Shown: in pieces, positions 40,692 to 53,217 of the stretch
Numbering within the stretch: the stretch's first letter is position 1
How the letters are laid out: the number at the start of each line of letters is the position of its first letter
Origin: Haliotis rubra
Lineage: Eukaryota
Length of the DNA stretch: 64,000 bases
Direction of reading: 5' to 3'
Assembly (NCBI RefSeq): GCF_003918875.1
Contig: NW_025766966.1
Coordinates: 1,116,001 to 1,180,000 of the forward strand
The notes under the pieces: model-generated
What the model was told of the DNA's origin: nothing
Databases searched by the model: none
What the model saw: only the letters and a program-made list of their open reading frames with translations
Translations under genes and position numbers: made by a program

Positions 40692-41246
40692 TCAAGGGGT
40701 CGTTTTATTGACTCTCCTCATTGTGTTTTGTAGGACTCTGTTGATGTCTGTGCTATTCCTTGCTGATATCTCGTAGTGGCCATGTTCCCATTCACAACTG
40801 ATGAACAGGTCCCTGTAGACACGCCGAGTCTTGTCCACGTTTTGAGCTATATCAGTCTTGTTGGCCACAAATATTATGGGGATGCTGTCTCCCTTCTGTT
40901 GAATGATCTGGTCCCTGACTGCCGTCACAGATTTGAAGGAATCTTCACAGACCATGGAATATACCAGAAGGTACGCATCACAAGACGGCAATCGTTGGAT
41001 GAAGGGGAAAGGTCGTTTAACTGCAGTTTCTATGACTTCAATATTGACATCCCTACCTCTGATTCCTAAATCATCAGTACGTTCGCCCTTCCTGCTACTC
41101 CTGCTTCTAAGTTCCGACCAATTCCTCTGTATGCCATCCACAAGCGTCTTCTTCCCAGCTCCTTGATAACCCATTACGACCATCTTCAGGGAGCTTTTGC
41201 CTTGGCATCCTGGCTCCTGGAGGAATCTTTCTGTTTCAGGATCCAT
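40692..41246 (-). CDS. Ras-superfamily small GTPase, RASD/Rhes/DIRAS-like, degenerate G1/G3 (probable pseudoGTPase), single coding exon
   Basis: 184-aa ORF: KMVVMGYQGAGKK (G1), ETAVKRPFP (G3 region), DAYLLVYS...EDSF, IPIIFVANKTD (G4), YEISAR (G5); no CAAX. Confidence 0.85.
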   Translation of the reverse strand: MDPETERFLQEPGCQGKSSLKMVVMGYQGAGKKTLVDGIQRNWSELRSRSSRKGERTDDLGIRGRDVNIEVIETAVKRPFPFIQRLPSCDAYLLVYSMVCEDSFKSVTAVRDQIIQQKGDSIPIIFVANKTDIAQNVDKTRRVYRDLFISCEWEHGHYEISARNSTDINRVLQNTMRRVNKTTP

Positions 41247-41444
41247 ATCAGGATGATTACATGGAGTAGATTTGTGTTCTTGTGTTGGCAGCTGTTATTC
41301 ATATGAGAAGTGACCTGATACCGAACAGAAATATGCAGTGCTGAGCGTCTTGTAGGTACGTTTAGCAACCACTCCTGTTCCATAGCAACAGCAACGTGTG
41401 GTGCGATCAACTGAAAAAGGGTGTCAGAAACAATCTTTGTGAGA

Positions 41445-41460
41445 TTTTATAGATTTTATA
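41445..41460 (-). promoter_or_regulatory. Two tandem TATAAAA boxes upstream of the GTPase-like ORF
   Basis: TATAAAA at 41460-41454 and 41451-41445, about 200 nt upstream of the ATG; positional only. Confidence 0.35.
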
Positions 41461-42603
41461 TTTAGAAACGACCTTTTTGCAATCCATCGTTTTGTTATAA
41501 CACGGCTTATTGCCTATTGCATATTGCGTTGTTAATATTATCAATGTTTGAAACACGAGTGTGCCACGTGGATGATATAAATTGTATTATCTTTTAGTTT
41601 ATACTCACCCAGCAGTCCGTGTTTCAAAACCTATAGGAGATGGTAGGAGGAGGCTACATGTGTTTCAACCACTGCTGTAAGACATACACGCATTTTGCAT
41701 TAAATATATATGGAAAAAATAAAAGCTTACATACGTCACCAGTTAGTTTGCTTCCAATGCTGTGATTTTGAACACTGACTGGGAGTGAAAGTGCACAGTC
41801 CTTCGGGACATAAATTATGACTTCGAAGCGGTAACGTCAATGTAAATCCTGCAAGAGTGTGTTAATATGATACCATGTACACACACTATTAAAGCTTCAT
41901 AAACATTTGGAACGTCATTTTGAATGAAAACATATTTATTTTACGTCATCATATTAATGTAAATACAGTGATGCAAGGAATAATATTGTTAGATCAATGG
42001 ACGGGCTCTTCGACATGCATTTGGTCATTGCTAGTGGTACCACGGGTACTCGAGTACTCGAGCACGAGTCGGGTTCAGCTGTCCATTTGACAGACTGTCT
42101 GTCTGACTCATTGCATATAACATGTCTTAGAACCTAGTCCCAAACATAAGGAGAATAAATTATTATTACACAATTCATAAAATGATTATTGAAAGCTAAA
42201 AAAACCAGGATGGAATGGACTTTTGACTGAAGTTACTTTTTCAGATGTGGACAAATATCCACAAAGTTCTCAAAAAGTGAAGCCCCGCAGCAGCATAGTC
42301 TCATTTCATCAGATTGTTTATTGAAAGATAACCATGGAAACTTAATATATCATGAAAATCTGTTGCCGTCATGTTTCTTGGCCGGTACGTTAGTGAGTAC
42401 ATTTCCCCGTACAGAGTTTGAACGTTTAAAGGTTACGTTTATCATATTATATATCTTTACAAACAATTGGCGTCATAGTTAGTCTATATAATACAGTATT
42501 ATCAATTAGGTATCAATGCATTTCACTAGACAGAATTTGAACTTATAAAAGTCAACTATATTAAATTTATATACATTAAGAAACAGTTGGTTCCATCGTT
42601 AGT

Positions 42604-43099
42604 CATTCTCTTCCTACAGAGGTTACTCAAGGTACCCTTTCCTGGTGTGAGTGTTCAGGATTCGTTATTGGTTGCAATCAGATTTAGTTGTACAATCAGC
42701 GACGTTGTTTCAAAAGTGAAAGTAATTTCCGTATGCTTCTGGAAAACTAGAACCTCCTCCCCTGTGCGATGCGCAAACGTTTCTTCTACACAGAACTCAT
42801 TCACGTAATGGCGGATCAATGGCGTCTCCATCGCCCTCGTTGCCAACGGACAATCTAGCCATTAAATGTCTTGTGTGTCATATCAACACAAGTCCCCGAC
42901 AGAGGAGGGATATTTGTGACCCCACATTTGCTTGTATTAGGTCGACGTAACACGTGTTCTGATTGGATAGAAAGAATGGAGATAATTCGTGTCGCGATTT
43001 TTTGCCGCTAGGGGATTTTACGAGAACCGAGCAATATGGCCGTATTAGAACAGAGGTTCATAGGAAGACATGACAAGTAACCTCTGTAGGAAGAGAATG
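42604..43099. mobile_element. hAT-like MITE
   Basis: 24-bp perfect TIR CATTCTCTTCCTACAGAGGTTACT; 8-bp flanks tcgttagt/tagttagt (7/8 identical). Confidence 0.75.
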
Positions 43100-44752
43100 T
43101 AGTTAGTATGTACTAGTAGACTTTGTATAATCAATAAATATGTAGCAAAACGATACATGGGAACAGGGTTACAGTTCTGTGACTAAGTATATGTTAATAC
43201 CAAATACCACAATCTGTGATAACTGTTCTGCTTGCCTCCGGTCGCAGCTTGTTGGAAGTATTCAGAATACTGGTGTTACTGTTCGTGTTTCAGTTTCAAT
43301 AGTTTGTCAGAACCCACGGGGGGTCCGGCTCTGCTAACTGTCATCACCAGGACATGCAAGTGTCACAAAAAGTGTGGCAAATATACGGACGAAGGCTTGC
43401 TGTTTCTGAATATTAAATAACATGGGGAATGATGATATCATTCATATATATATTTAGTGAATCATATCGGTAAAGCATAATGCAAAAAAATAAACAAATC
43501 ACAGTTGTAATATCGCATTAGAGTTTTCTAAAAATAAGATCTCAGTTTTATCAAGGTATGAGAGTTAATTGTATATATAAGATAAGTTCAAATTTGGATG
43601 AGTCCACAACCATTGCATCCTGACATGATTAAGGGAGGTCACTCTGTTCAACATATGCCATCTACTTACCCATAAAAATAAACTTATGTTTCTAAATACC
43701 AACGAGGAGAAAGCATAATTGACATGTTACATAAATATGCAGAAAGGCAAGGCAAGAGGTTTGACTTCTTTTGACAGTGTGGCAGGGAGGAATGTTATAG
43801 TCTACAGTCAAGAAAACATCAATAAAATTGAAGATGCAGAAGACCACTGGATGAATGAATATTTGTTAATTGTTATTTGTCGTACTCCGTTGGTGCTCTG
43901 GATGTACACCTCATCCAATCTAGATTTATAGAACGAACATCCATACTGTGGCTACTGCATGCTCAAAACAGAATAATAAACAGCTATGTTTGTTTTATAC
44001 AGGTTTCTACATTATTCACAGGTTCGGTTGCTCGTTCGTCCTCGATAATCTCTAGGGTATACAAGTGGAGATTTATCAAAATGTATTCCTTGGAGGATGA
44101 CTTTTTCTGACCGACATCGCAATTGTGCCAGGATCAGAGTAGGCCCGCCTTTCAACTACACTTCCCTTCTAGGCAGCAAGGAACTATCTGACGTGTGTGT
44201 CTATATCTAGCCAGTGACTGAATGAGTTTAGTTTTACGCCGCTTTTAGTAATATTTCAGCAATATCACAGCAGAGAACACCAGAAATGGGATTCACATAT
44301 TGATGGGATCGAACCCGGGACTTCGGCGTGACAAGCGAACGCTTTAACCACTAAGCTACCCTGCCTCCCCACACCAAATGGATTTTCCTAAGCTAATATT
44401 ACATGTCTTATGTTAGTTAGTGTAAACAATTGTAGCTTTAACTACTAGACCACCCTCACCCCCTATATCTAGCCAGAATGGAATCTGAACTGAACTTTAT
44501 TTACACTCCGGCCGCGTTCTGCGGCATTAGAGGTACAAGTTTACAACATAATGTACAACTTAAATACAAGTATGAAACATAAAGTGGTCATATATACTTA
44601 TCGCTTGGTTGCAAGAATAAACTGTCTGTACATACATTTAAACAGTTAAATAAACAATGTTACAATCACAGCCAGCGAGATCTGATCGTTATGACAGTGT
44701 GAGTGAGCGAGTGAGTTTAGATTTACGCCGCCTTTGGCAATATTCCAGCAAT

Positions 44753-45505
44753 AGCGCCAGTAAGTTTCGAGAAGCGCCACCAGTTATATTCGGACACTTG
44801 ACGTCATTTCCATAGACTTACATGTTATTTCAGTGTAGCATAAATAATGTTCATGAGGTGAGTTTAGGATAGATCTTTGTAAAATTTGACAGGCAAATTT
44901 GAAATCATCTCTGCTCTGCGCACAAAATTTCAGTTCAAGTTTCCGACCACTATTTAACTAATGACATCACATTTATCAACTTACGCATAGTTTCAAACAA
45001 TGCACAATCCCTTAGGCCGCCAAGTTAAAGGAGTTCACGGCACTGTACATATGTTGATTAAATTGTTGCCATTTCATAAATAAGAACGGAAAATTAAACA
45101 GAAATTATGTGATTGTAGGTAAGATGATTCCTCAAAAATGTGCAAAATTTGATTTGGATCATACGAAAATTAAATTCATGAAAATAATTTATGCGACACT
45201 AAATTAACAGTTATGTAAGTCTATGGAAGTTACTTTTTATGTGGCCGAATATAACTGGCACGGGTCTGCAGATTTCCGGTGACAAGCGAGTACTCAAGAA
45301 CCAGTTCTGGTTCCAACTTGCGCGACCGACACATATAACCTGTTATATGTAATAGTTTTCTGAGTCACATCCAGTGTCGGGTATGATTATCCAGGGCACT
45401 GTCCATCTAACACTGTTATCGCCATTGCCGTAAAACGGTGTTTGTCACCGGAAGTACTAAACAACGTAAAGTCTCGCGAAGTGCCTTGACCTACCTACGG
45501 GCCCT
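44753..45505. mobile_element. Non-autonomous DNA element inserted into a SINE
   Basis: Splits a family-A SINE (44696-44752 / 45506-45550) with AT duplicated; imperfect AG..CT TIRs; internal inverted repeat 44780-44823 / 45213-45258. Confidence 0.55.
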
Positions 45506-45855
45506 ATATTACGGCGGGGGACACAAGAAATGGGCTTCACACAGTGTACTCATTTTGACAGTGTTTTTGCCAAACGAAATGATCTAGCACATTAACAGTA
45601 CACATTGGGTAGTAACTACTGCGTCACAGTTGACGCAAATAATATATGAAAATGTGAGTTATTTGCGTCATATATGATGCAATAATTATTTTCCCTGCGT
45701 ATTTTGTGTCAGTTACGCAGGATCAAGACGAACCCTGGTGGTTCCAGGTGTACTTTAACGACCAGGTATCACTGTCTTTCTGCCGCCTCGAGAATTTCGT
45801 TCATGAGCGTAAATTCGTAGCTGGAATACTGGTGAAAATCTGTTTACTAATGTAA

Positions 45856-46269
45856 GGGACCATTCATTATTTAATGGCAAGGGTGGTGGGGCTGGGTGTG
45901 ATGATGACGATTTTAAGGCGGTGGGGTGGGTTGGGGTCACCAAGTTTGGTCTGGGGGTCAGCAATTTTGTACATAAGGGGTCTGGGGGGATGATGATCAT
46001 TCTTATGGAGAAGCATGTATAATGTGAACGACCCCTCCTAAAAGTTATGTACAAAGTAAGCGACCCCCCTGCATGTCATGTACAATATCAATTACCCCCA
46101 TTTCCCAAATTTTTAATCATTATCTTTCAATATCCATATGTGCAAAATTGCTGACCCCCAAGTACATGTGTACAAGATTGCTGACCCCCCTACCTCCCCA
46201 GAACAAAATGGGTGACCCCCTTCCCCTAAAATAATCATAACACACAAACCATAAGTTACGAACGGTCGC
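45856..46269. mobile_element. Second copy of the Harbinger-type MITE
   Basis: Same internal sequence as 189-520, degenerate TIRs, TAA/TTA flanks. Confidence 0.75.
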
Positions 46270-46598
46270 TTAGTAAGGGACGAAAGGTGTGAAGTGGCAT
46301 CAAGTCAGTTACTTCTCTTATGGCATGTGGGAGGCGCAAGGGGCCGATGAAAGAAGCGCAGGCAGACTGCAGCTGTAGTGTTCACAAACTAATTGATCGC
46401 GATTGACTAATATCTGCCTGTTACAACTTACCCTCGACATCAACTCGAGTATAACATTAACCATTCCTGACACCAAATGTGTCTTCAAATTCACAAAATT
46501 GCGCACTAGGAAAACAACATAATTCTTCAACTAAACTGATGACTCATCAGAAAATGGTGAACTACCATCCAAAACAAATTTTGAAGTGCACAGGTGTC

Positions 46599-46994
46599 TA
46601 GGGCTGCAACGATTCACCCAGACTTCGATTCGATTCGATTTTCGATATTGGACCTTCGATTCGATTTTCATACACTGAAAAACATCAGATTTCATTTAAC
46701 TCTCACAGTCGGCTTTTTTTATTAGCGTGAAATCCATCGTGAACTTGGCGATGTCTACTAACAATAATTCATATTGGATAATAAGCCCGGCGTCAACCAA
46801 TCGCGTTTCGCCTTATTTCAGCGCTCGAAACTGCTCAAGTTGGAGTCAAAATGACGTTCTGGCTGCGTGGAAATAGATGTAATTTGAATAAGTATTTAAA
46901 TATCGACTCGAAATACTGATAATGGTGATCGAAAATCGAAACTAAGGTGTCAGATTCGATTTTCGATGAATCGAACCGAATCGTTGGAGCCCTA
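46599..46994. mobile_element. hAT-like MITE
   Basis: TIR TAGGGCTGCAACGATT / AATCGTTGGAGCCCTA with subterminal ttcgat repeats; no clear TSD. Confidence 0.65.
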
Positions 46995-47296
46995 CTTTGA
47001 AGTGTCCCTCAAAACGGAAATTTTACTTTTAGCTGACACAAAACCTATACTAATATGACGTTGGTACTTCTCCCTCACAACAAAAGATTTTGATGTCTGG
47101 CCAACAAAAAAATCAACTCCTCAAAAGCCTAATCAGCAAAGGCATTGACTTAGCATTCAAAGAAGCATCTGAGGAAGCGCGAGCATTCAACATTAAGAAA
47201 TAATGTGCACTGGCTTGTGATTGTGTTTCCCACCGGGCTGAGGTTTAGGACAGATGCTAAATGTCAGTTTGATACCATTTCTACAGAACATTATGA

Positions 47297-47537
47297 CAGT
47301 GTAGGAAAGATGTAGAAAATCTAGCCTGTCCACAGGACTGGCAGGTCAAATATTTTATCAGTCCTGCCAAAATCTAGCCTGTCCTCCAAATATAAATAGA
47401 ACACCTCCGGCAGTAAATATTCAAAAAGGTTATAATCATTATATATATGTCATTGGTTTGCTAAAATTGACCGGACATGAGGACGGACTAGATATTTTTT
47501 TAACCCGTCTTCCACAAAATCTATCTTTCCTACACTG
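47297..47537. mobile_element. Short MITE
   Basis: 15-bp perfect TIR CAGTGTAGGAAAGAT. Confidence 0.6.
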
Positions 47538-48219
47538 TCTGATTATGTTTCTGATTCTGGGTGAACAGGGAAATAGAAACTATGATTAATTATAACAGCT
47601 GTGGTGTAGTGTAGTGGGATACAGTGTGTTTCTAGCCTAACCTTATTACAGTGACTACGCTGTCCACCAGAAAGGGAAGACTACATGTGGCAGGATATTT
47701 CGTGGCTGAGGAGTAGGAGAAGCATGGAGGTAATCCAGAGTAACGACTTAAACATGTACATACTGATCTTTACGTGTTATGAATCGAGTCAATATTTATA
47801 ATAAATCATAAGCTCCATCACCAAAGGATAGGATAATTTACTTAATCACAGTCTGTTCTTACGCTTGTCATTGCAAAAACCGTGAGCTTAGGATTCCGTT
47901 AACATTCTGACACTTGTTCATACAAACTGGCCAAAAATATACTGTAAAGTAAATATTTTAATGGAAATGTGATATCTTCCTGTTTCACAACTTTAATAAA
48001 ATTCTAAATGCGCACATATCCTATGCTTTTATAGGATACAAGGCTGTGAGAGAAATGGAAAATTCTACTTGCATGAAGAATTGTCACTGTTCTATAAGTT
48101 ATGACAGATAACACCGTGTCAGTGTTAATTAGCACTGAATATTCTAAATCAGACAGCTGTATATGGACAGCTAAGGGACTGACAATTTTACCAACGCTTC
48201 ATTTAATTCTGGTGACTGA

Positions 48220-48400
48220 CTGACTGAGTTTGGTTTTACGCCGCTTTTATCAATATTCCAGCAATATCACGGTGGGGGACACCAGAAATGGGCTTCACAC
48301 ATTGTACCCATGTGGGGATTCGAACCCTGGTCTTCGGCGTGACGAGCCAACGCTTTAACCACTAGACTACGCCACCGCCCAATGGGAAACAGAACCATTA
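48220..48400 (-). repeat. SINE A plus 20-bp flank: left arm of a perfect 181-bp inverted repeat
   Basis: Reverse complement identical to 52635-52815, including private substitutions and non-SINE flank. Confidence 0.9.
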
Positions 48401-48520
48401 TCATGTTATTGATATACATTATAATGACTTGACTATGCATACACTATATATAGTGTATGCATAGTCAAGTCATTATATAGTGTATGCATAGTCAAGTCAT
48501 TATAATGTATATCAATAGCA

Positions 48521-51500
48521 TAATAATAATAATCTTTATTTGCACTGAGAAGGCCACAGGCCTGTAGTACATAAAGTTATGTTACATTTGAGAGGAATTT
48601 AGATCGGGTAATCATAGCATAGTAAATGAACATTGAAATATTTTGTAGAAGAACTGGATTTTTACTACTTAACAATGAGGAGAATTTTATCACATTTGGA
48701 TGGACATAGTAATATCTTTTAATATATTTTGTTCGCAACCGGTCATAAAATGGACATATTAGGAGAAAATGTAATTCATCTTCTATTTCGTTTAAATTAC
48801 AAAGTGTACATATTCTATTTTCTCTTTTTACATTCATATATCTGCCTCTTTCAATCAACAAATCATGAGAAGAGCATCTGAATCGTGCCAGTGCTATTCT
48901 AAACTTTTTAACATTAACACAGGATAGATATGACTCAAGAACTATGGCATTTTTAAACAATGGATAATACATGCATTTATTTGATAAGGATATCCTTTCA
49001 CTCCATGTTTGAATATACATATCTTTTAATCTTGTCGTTAAGGATTGTATGAATAACGTAGGTGATTCGACATATTGTGTATTCCATGTAATTCCAAAAC
49101 CAATAGAATATAAAAGTTTTTACATTAGTTGCCCAGTTCTTTTGTCCACCTTTATCATATAACAACATCATATTATAACACTTCTTGGGTAAGCGATTTG
49201 AAGGCATAATCAGCAGTTTTAGCCAGTACTTAATAACTTTAATGCTTGTAAGAATGTGCATTGGGTACCTACCGCATTCACCATAAATCACTGCGTTAAT
49301 AGTGTTAATTTTAACTCCGAGGAACTTTTTGCATGCGTATAAATGGATTTTTTCAATTTCGTCAAATTTTGTTATTCCCCAAATTTCGGCCCCATATGAT
49401 AAAATTGGACTGACTTTGGCATCAAATATTTTAAAGAATGAAGAGTAGTTAATATTACCAAGTATACTCAACTGTTTCATAATTCCAATTAATGCTTTTG
49501 TCCCTGTAACGCTGCATATTTTACATGCCTCGTCCATGACAGGCCACTGGTGAAATATAGTCCCAAATATTTATAAAAGCCAATACACTCCAGCTGCATA
49601 CCTTTATATAACCAGTTTTCCTTTTTGACAATTTGCCTCCATTTTTGAATACAACAATTTTCGTTTTTTCTCTATTTACAGTTAATTTCCATTTATCGCA
49701 GTAATTTTCAAGTTCATTAATTTGATTCTGTAAGCAATTAATCGTGCTTGAGAACAAAACAATGTCATCTGCAAATAGCAATAGGAAAATATGAACTATG
49801 TCAGGGTGGAGTTGAATCCCGTGTACACAATTAGTTTCAATTTGTCGTGCTAACTCATTTATAAAAAAGGAAAATAGAAATGGGCTTAGTATACAGCCTT
49901 GTCTCACACCAAGTTGCAAGTCGAATGTTTCTGAATAATTATGATTACTTTTAATGCAAGACTTGACATTTTCATATATATTGCATAAAAGTTTACTCAT
50001 TTTGCCACTGAGACCGTGGGTATTAAATAGAAGCCAAAGTTTTTTTCGTTGTATTGAATCGAAAGCTTTTGAAAAATCTACAAATAGTGCGTAGAATTTC
50101 CCCCCTTTAGAGTTTAAATACCTTTGAATAATACTTTGCAGTATAAACATATTATCTACTGTCGTATATCCCTGTCTGAAGCCAGCTTGCGCTTCGCTGA
50201 TCTTATCCATTGAGTCTCCCCAGTTTACAAGTCTTTTATTTATAATAAAGGTGAAAGTTTTACTAAATATGCTCAGTAGTGTTATGCCTCTGTAATTATT
50301 TGGATTATTTATATTACCTTGTTTATGGATAGGAACTATTATGCCAATTGCCCAACATCTGGGGAACGTGCCAGTTTCTAATATCAAATTAAAAAGCAAT
50401 TCTAAGTACGGGACGATAAGATCTGCTGAGTATTTAAAAATTCAGATATCGTTTTATCAATTCCTGGTGATTTATTACATTTCAATTGGTTAATGCTAGC
50501 TAAGATTTCATCTCTAGTAATTGGGAATCAAGTATTACCGTGGTAAGCTCTGAATTCGGATCTGATGGGTTTTCATTCTCGAAATTATCACATGTTACAT
50601 CGTCATTTTCATTATGTAAAGAGTTAAACAGTGTCCGAAAGTGTTTTAGCCAGTCGTTCATTTCGATGTTGTTTTGAGCTTCATGTCTAGTATTCAGGTG
50701 TTTGAGTTCATACCAAAATTGTTTTGAATCAGATATACTGTTTTCTATTACTCTCTGCTTCTCTTTAAAATAATTAAGGCGTTTTTCCTTACAAATTGAG
50801 TTATATTTATTTCTTTTAGCGCAATATTGATCGTATGATTCTTTATCTTTCGATTTCCTAAACTTATTCAGAGCTCTACATCGGTCTGATTTTAATCTTT
50901 CACATTCAGAGTCGAACCATTTATTAGTAGTTGTTGTGGGAGGGCTAACTGTTTTCTTCATGCAAGAGGCGGCCAGACAGAGTGCCTCGGTCATATAGCT
51001 TATACTATCATCAATATTAACGAAAGCACAGTCAATCGATTTATCTAGTAATTTTTGTACGTTATCTGACAAAATATTTTCTCTAAACTGTTCTGATTTA
51101 TCGTTATCCCAAATGAACTTAAACGACTTATTCCTACAATTGGTAGAACTGTTGTACTGTTTTTAGTTTTAATGTAGTGGGAAGATGATCAGATTCAGTT
51201 CTCGTTTGTATGCTAAAATCTAGAATATAGTCAAATATTGTTGATGAAGAAATGATATAGTCAATAACACTGGTGCCAGTTGGACCAAGAAAAGTAAAGT
51301 CTCCAACTTCTGTGTCACTTCCACATCGGCCATTTAGTATATGAATGTTAAAAACAGAGCACATGTCAAGAAATGTTCTACCAAAGTTGTTAACGACCTT
51401 GTCGGCGGAGAAACGCTTCAAGTTAAAATAATCTATAAGAAAATCCCAGTAGGAATGATTTCTATTTTCTGTATATTCAAATAAGTCATCTTCAACAAAA

Positions 51501-52634
51501 TCTGCTTTCGTTCCGGTTCGAGCATTAAAATCTCCGCCACACAAGATATAACAATCTGGTAGAGATGAGATAATTTCTAATATAGAGTCCTGGAATATGC
51601 TAATACCATTTTTACAGTTAGGGGAAAATTTATCATACCATGACGATGACTCCGGTTGTAGATAGACACAGGAATATAGAATATCTTTATCAAAACCAAA
51701 CAGCGAACGGTCGAAAAGAACGAAAACAGCATTTTCTGTTACTTTAAACCACTTCAAGTATTTAAGTAAATGATTCTTTATTAAAACCACAATACCACCG
51801 GAAGATCGACCACCGCTTGGTATATTTTGTGCATGTTTCATAACATTCTTATAATCAGAAAAAATATCATTTAAATCTAGATTCTTTGACCATGTCTCAG
51901 TTAATCCAATTATGTCAAATGACTTAATATATTCAATAAAATCAGAGTCTGTTAGTTTCTGCGTAATACCAGAAATATTCCAAAATAATAAATTCATTGG
52001 GTTATAAGAGTCTTTAGTAGTATTTTTAACATCATCATCTTCATTATTTGCTTCACTTCGATGCGCCATAAAATGCCTATATACATGTTGGCCCTGGCCA
52101 CACCCCTACTTGTCACTGTCGACACGTCTGGATGTCGACCTCAGGGGGTATTTACCCCCCTGTGTCCTGGCTACCCCAGGATCTGGGTGTACGGTCAGTA
52201 TTTGTCGGTGAGGGACGGTGTGAGGCCGACGTACCCGCAGATCTACTAGTGTCTTCCCGGGGGAGTATGCAGCAACTTACTACCCTTGTAGTAGTATCGA
52301 GTTTCGGGGTTCTCACTGCGGAGTCGATACAGTTCTTGACGTTGATGGGAAGTAAGGTCATTGGCAATCCCCACTCCTTGTTCTTTCAAGACACTTCTCA
52401 TCTTAACCGAGTGCCACTTGTCTTCCCAATGACACATGCGGGCTATTATAGGTCTTGACTTGTCGTTCCGTTTGGTGGATATCCTATGGGTTCGTTCTAT
52501 GTCGCGAGGGATAAGGGGTGGGAGATCTCTCATTACTCGTGCTTTGTTAAGTACGTCTAGCCCTTTCTGTTTACTTTCAGTGTATGTCTCCTTGTCCCCA
52601 CTCTCAGGTACACCATACAACACCAAATTGTTGC
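48521..52634 (-). mobile_element. Non-LTR retrotransposon (APE-RT LINE, RTE-X-like), 5'-truncated and frameshifted
   Basis: ORF1 remnant (NNLVLYGVPES, IERTHRI, RPIIAR, IANDLT; 52246-52634); endonuclease (GLTETW, GDFNARTG, IDY, SDHLP; 51134-52069); RT (QAGFR, DFSKAFD, GVRQG, FADD; 49521-50399); C-terminal CCHC (RICTLC...EDELHFLLICP); AATAAA plus (ATT)n tail at 48521-48540. Clade assignment is from recalled motifs. Confidence 0.92.
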
Positions 52635-52815
52635 TAATGGTTCTGTTTCCCATTGGGCGGTGGCGTAGTCTAGTGGTTAAAGCGTTGGCTCGTCACGCCG
52701 AAGACCAGGGTTCGAATCCCCACATGGGTACAATGTGTGAAGCCCATTTCTGGTGTCCCCCACCGTGATATTGCTGGAATATTGATAAAAGCGGCGTAAA
52801 ACCAAACTCAGTCAG
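52635..52815 (+). repeat. SINE A plus flank: right arm of the 181-bp inverted repeat
   Basis: See 48220-48400. Confidence 0.9.
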
Positions 52816-53217
52816 GCCTCCAACCCAGAGTACATGTATATATATATATATACATGTACTCTGGGGTGGAGGCCTTTGGTACTGAATAAGGAATCTTGAA
52901 TCTTGAACCTTGAATCTTGAAGAATTGTCACTTCCACAAAGCGATTTGATGTGTATTTAATGAAAGTTGTTTTTGAGAGGGGTGAGCTGTTTGCTGATAT
53001 TTATTAATGATGTTTGCGACAACTATTCCATTCCAATCAGGCTGTCTAGCGTATAGTCATATTGGGGAGTTATTAATTGAACCATAGCTCCAGTTACCAA
53101 ACCAATCGTACCATATCAGTAGAAATGTTCACATCTGGGGGGATCTCCCAAGTTTCAGTCATCAAAATGAGCATATTTGAATATGAATATTTACAGCTAT
53201 GTCACGATGTAGGTAGC

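Noticed and set aside
47685-47730. Possible first exon (ATG GAG|GT) of the ShKT-EGF gene, phase-compatible with the acceptor at 53197
   Set aside because: Plausible but unsupported without transcripts; it adds no signal peptide, so it was left out of the model.
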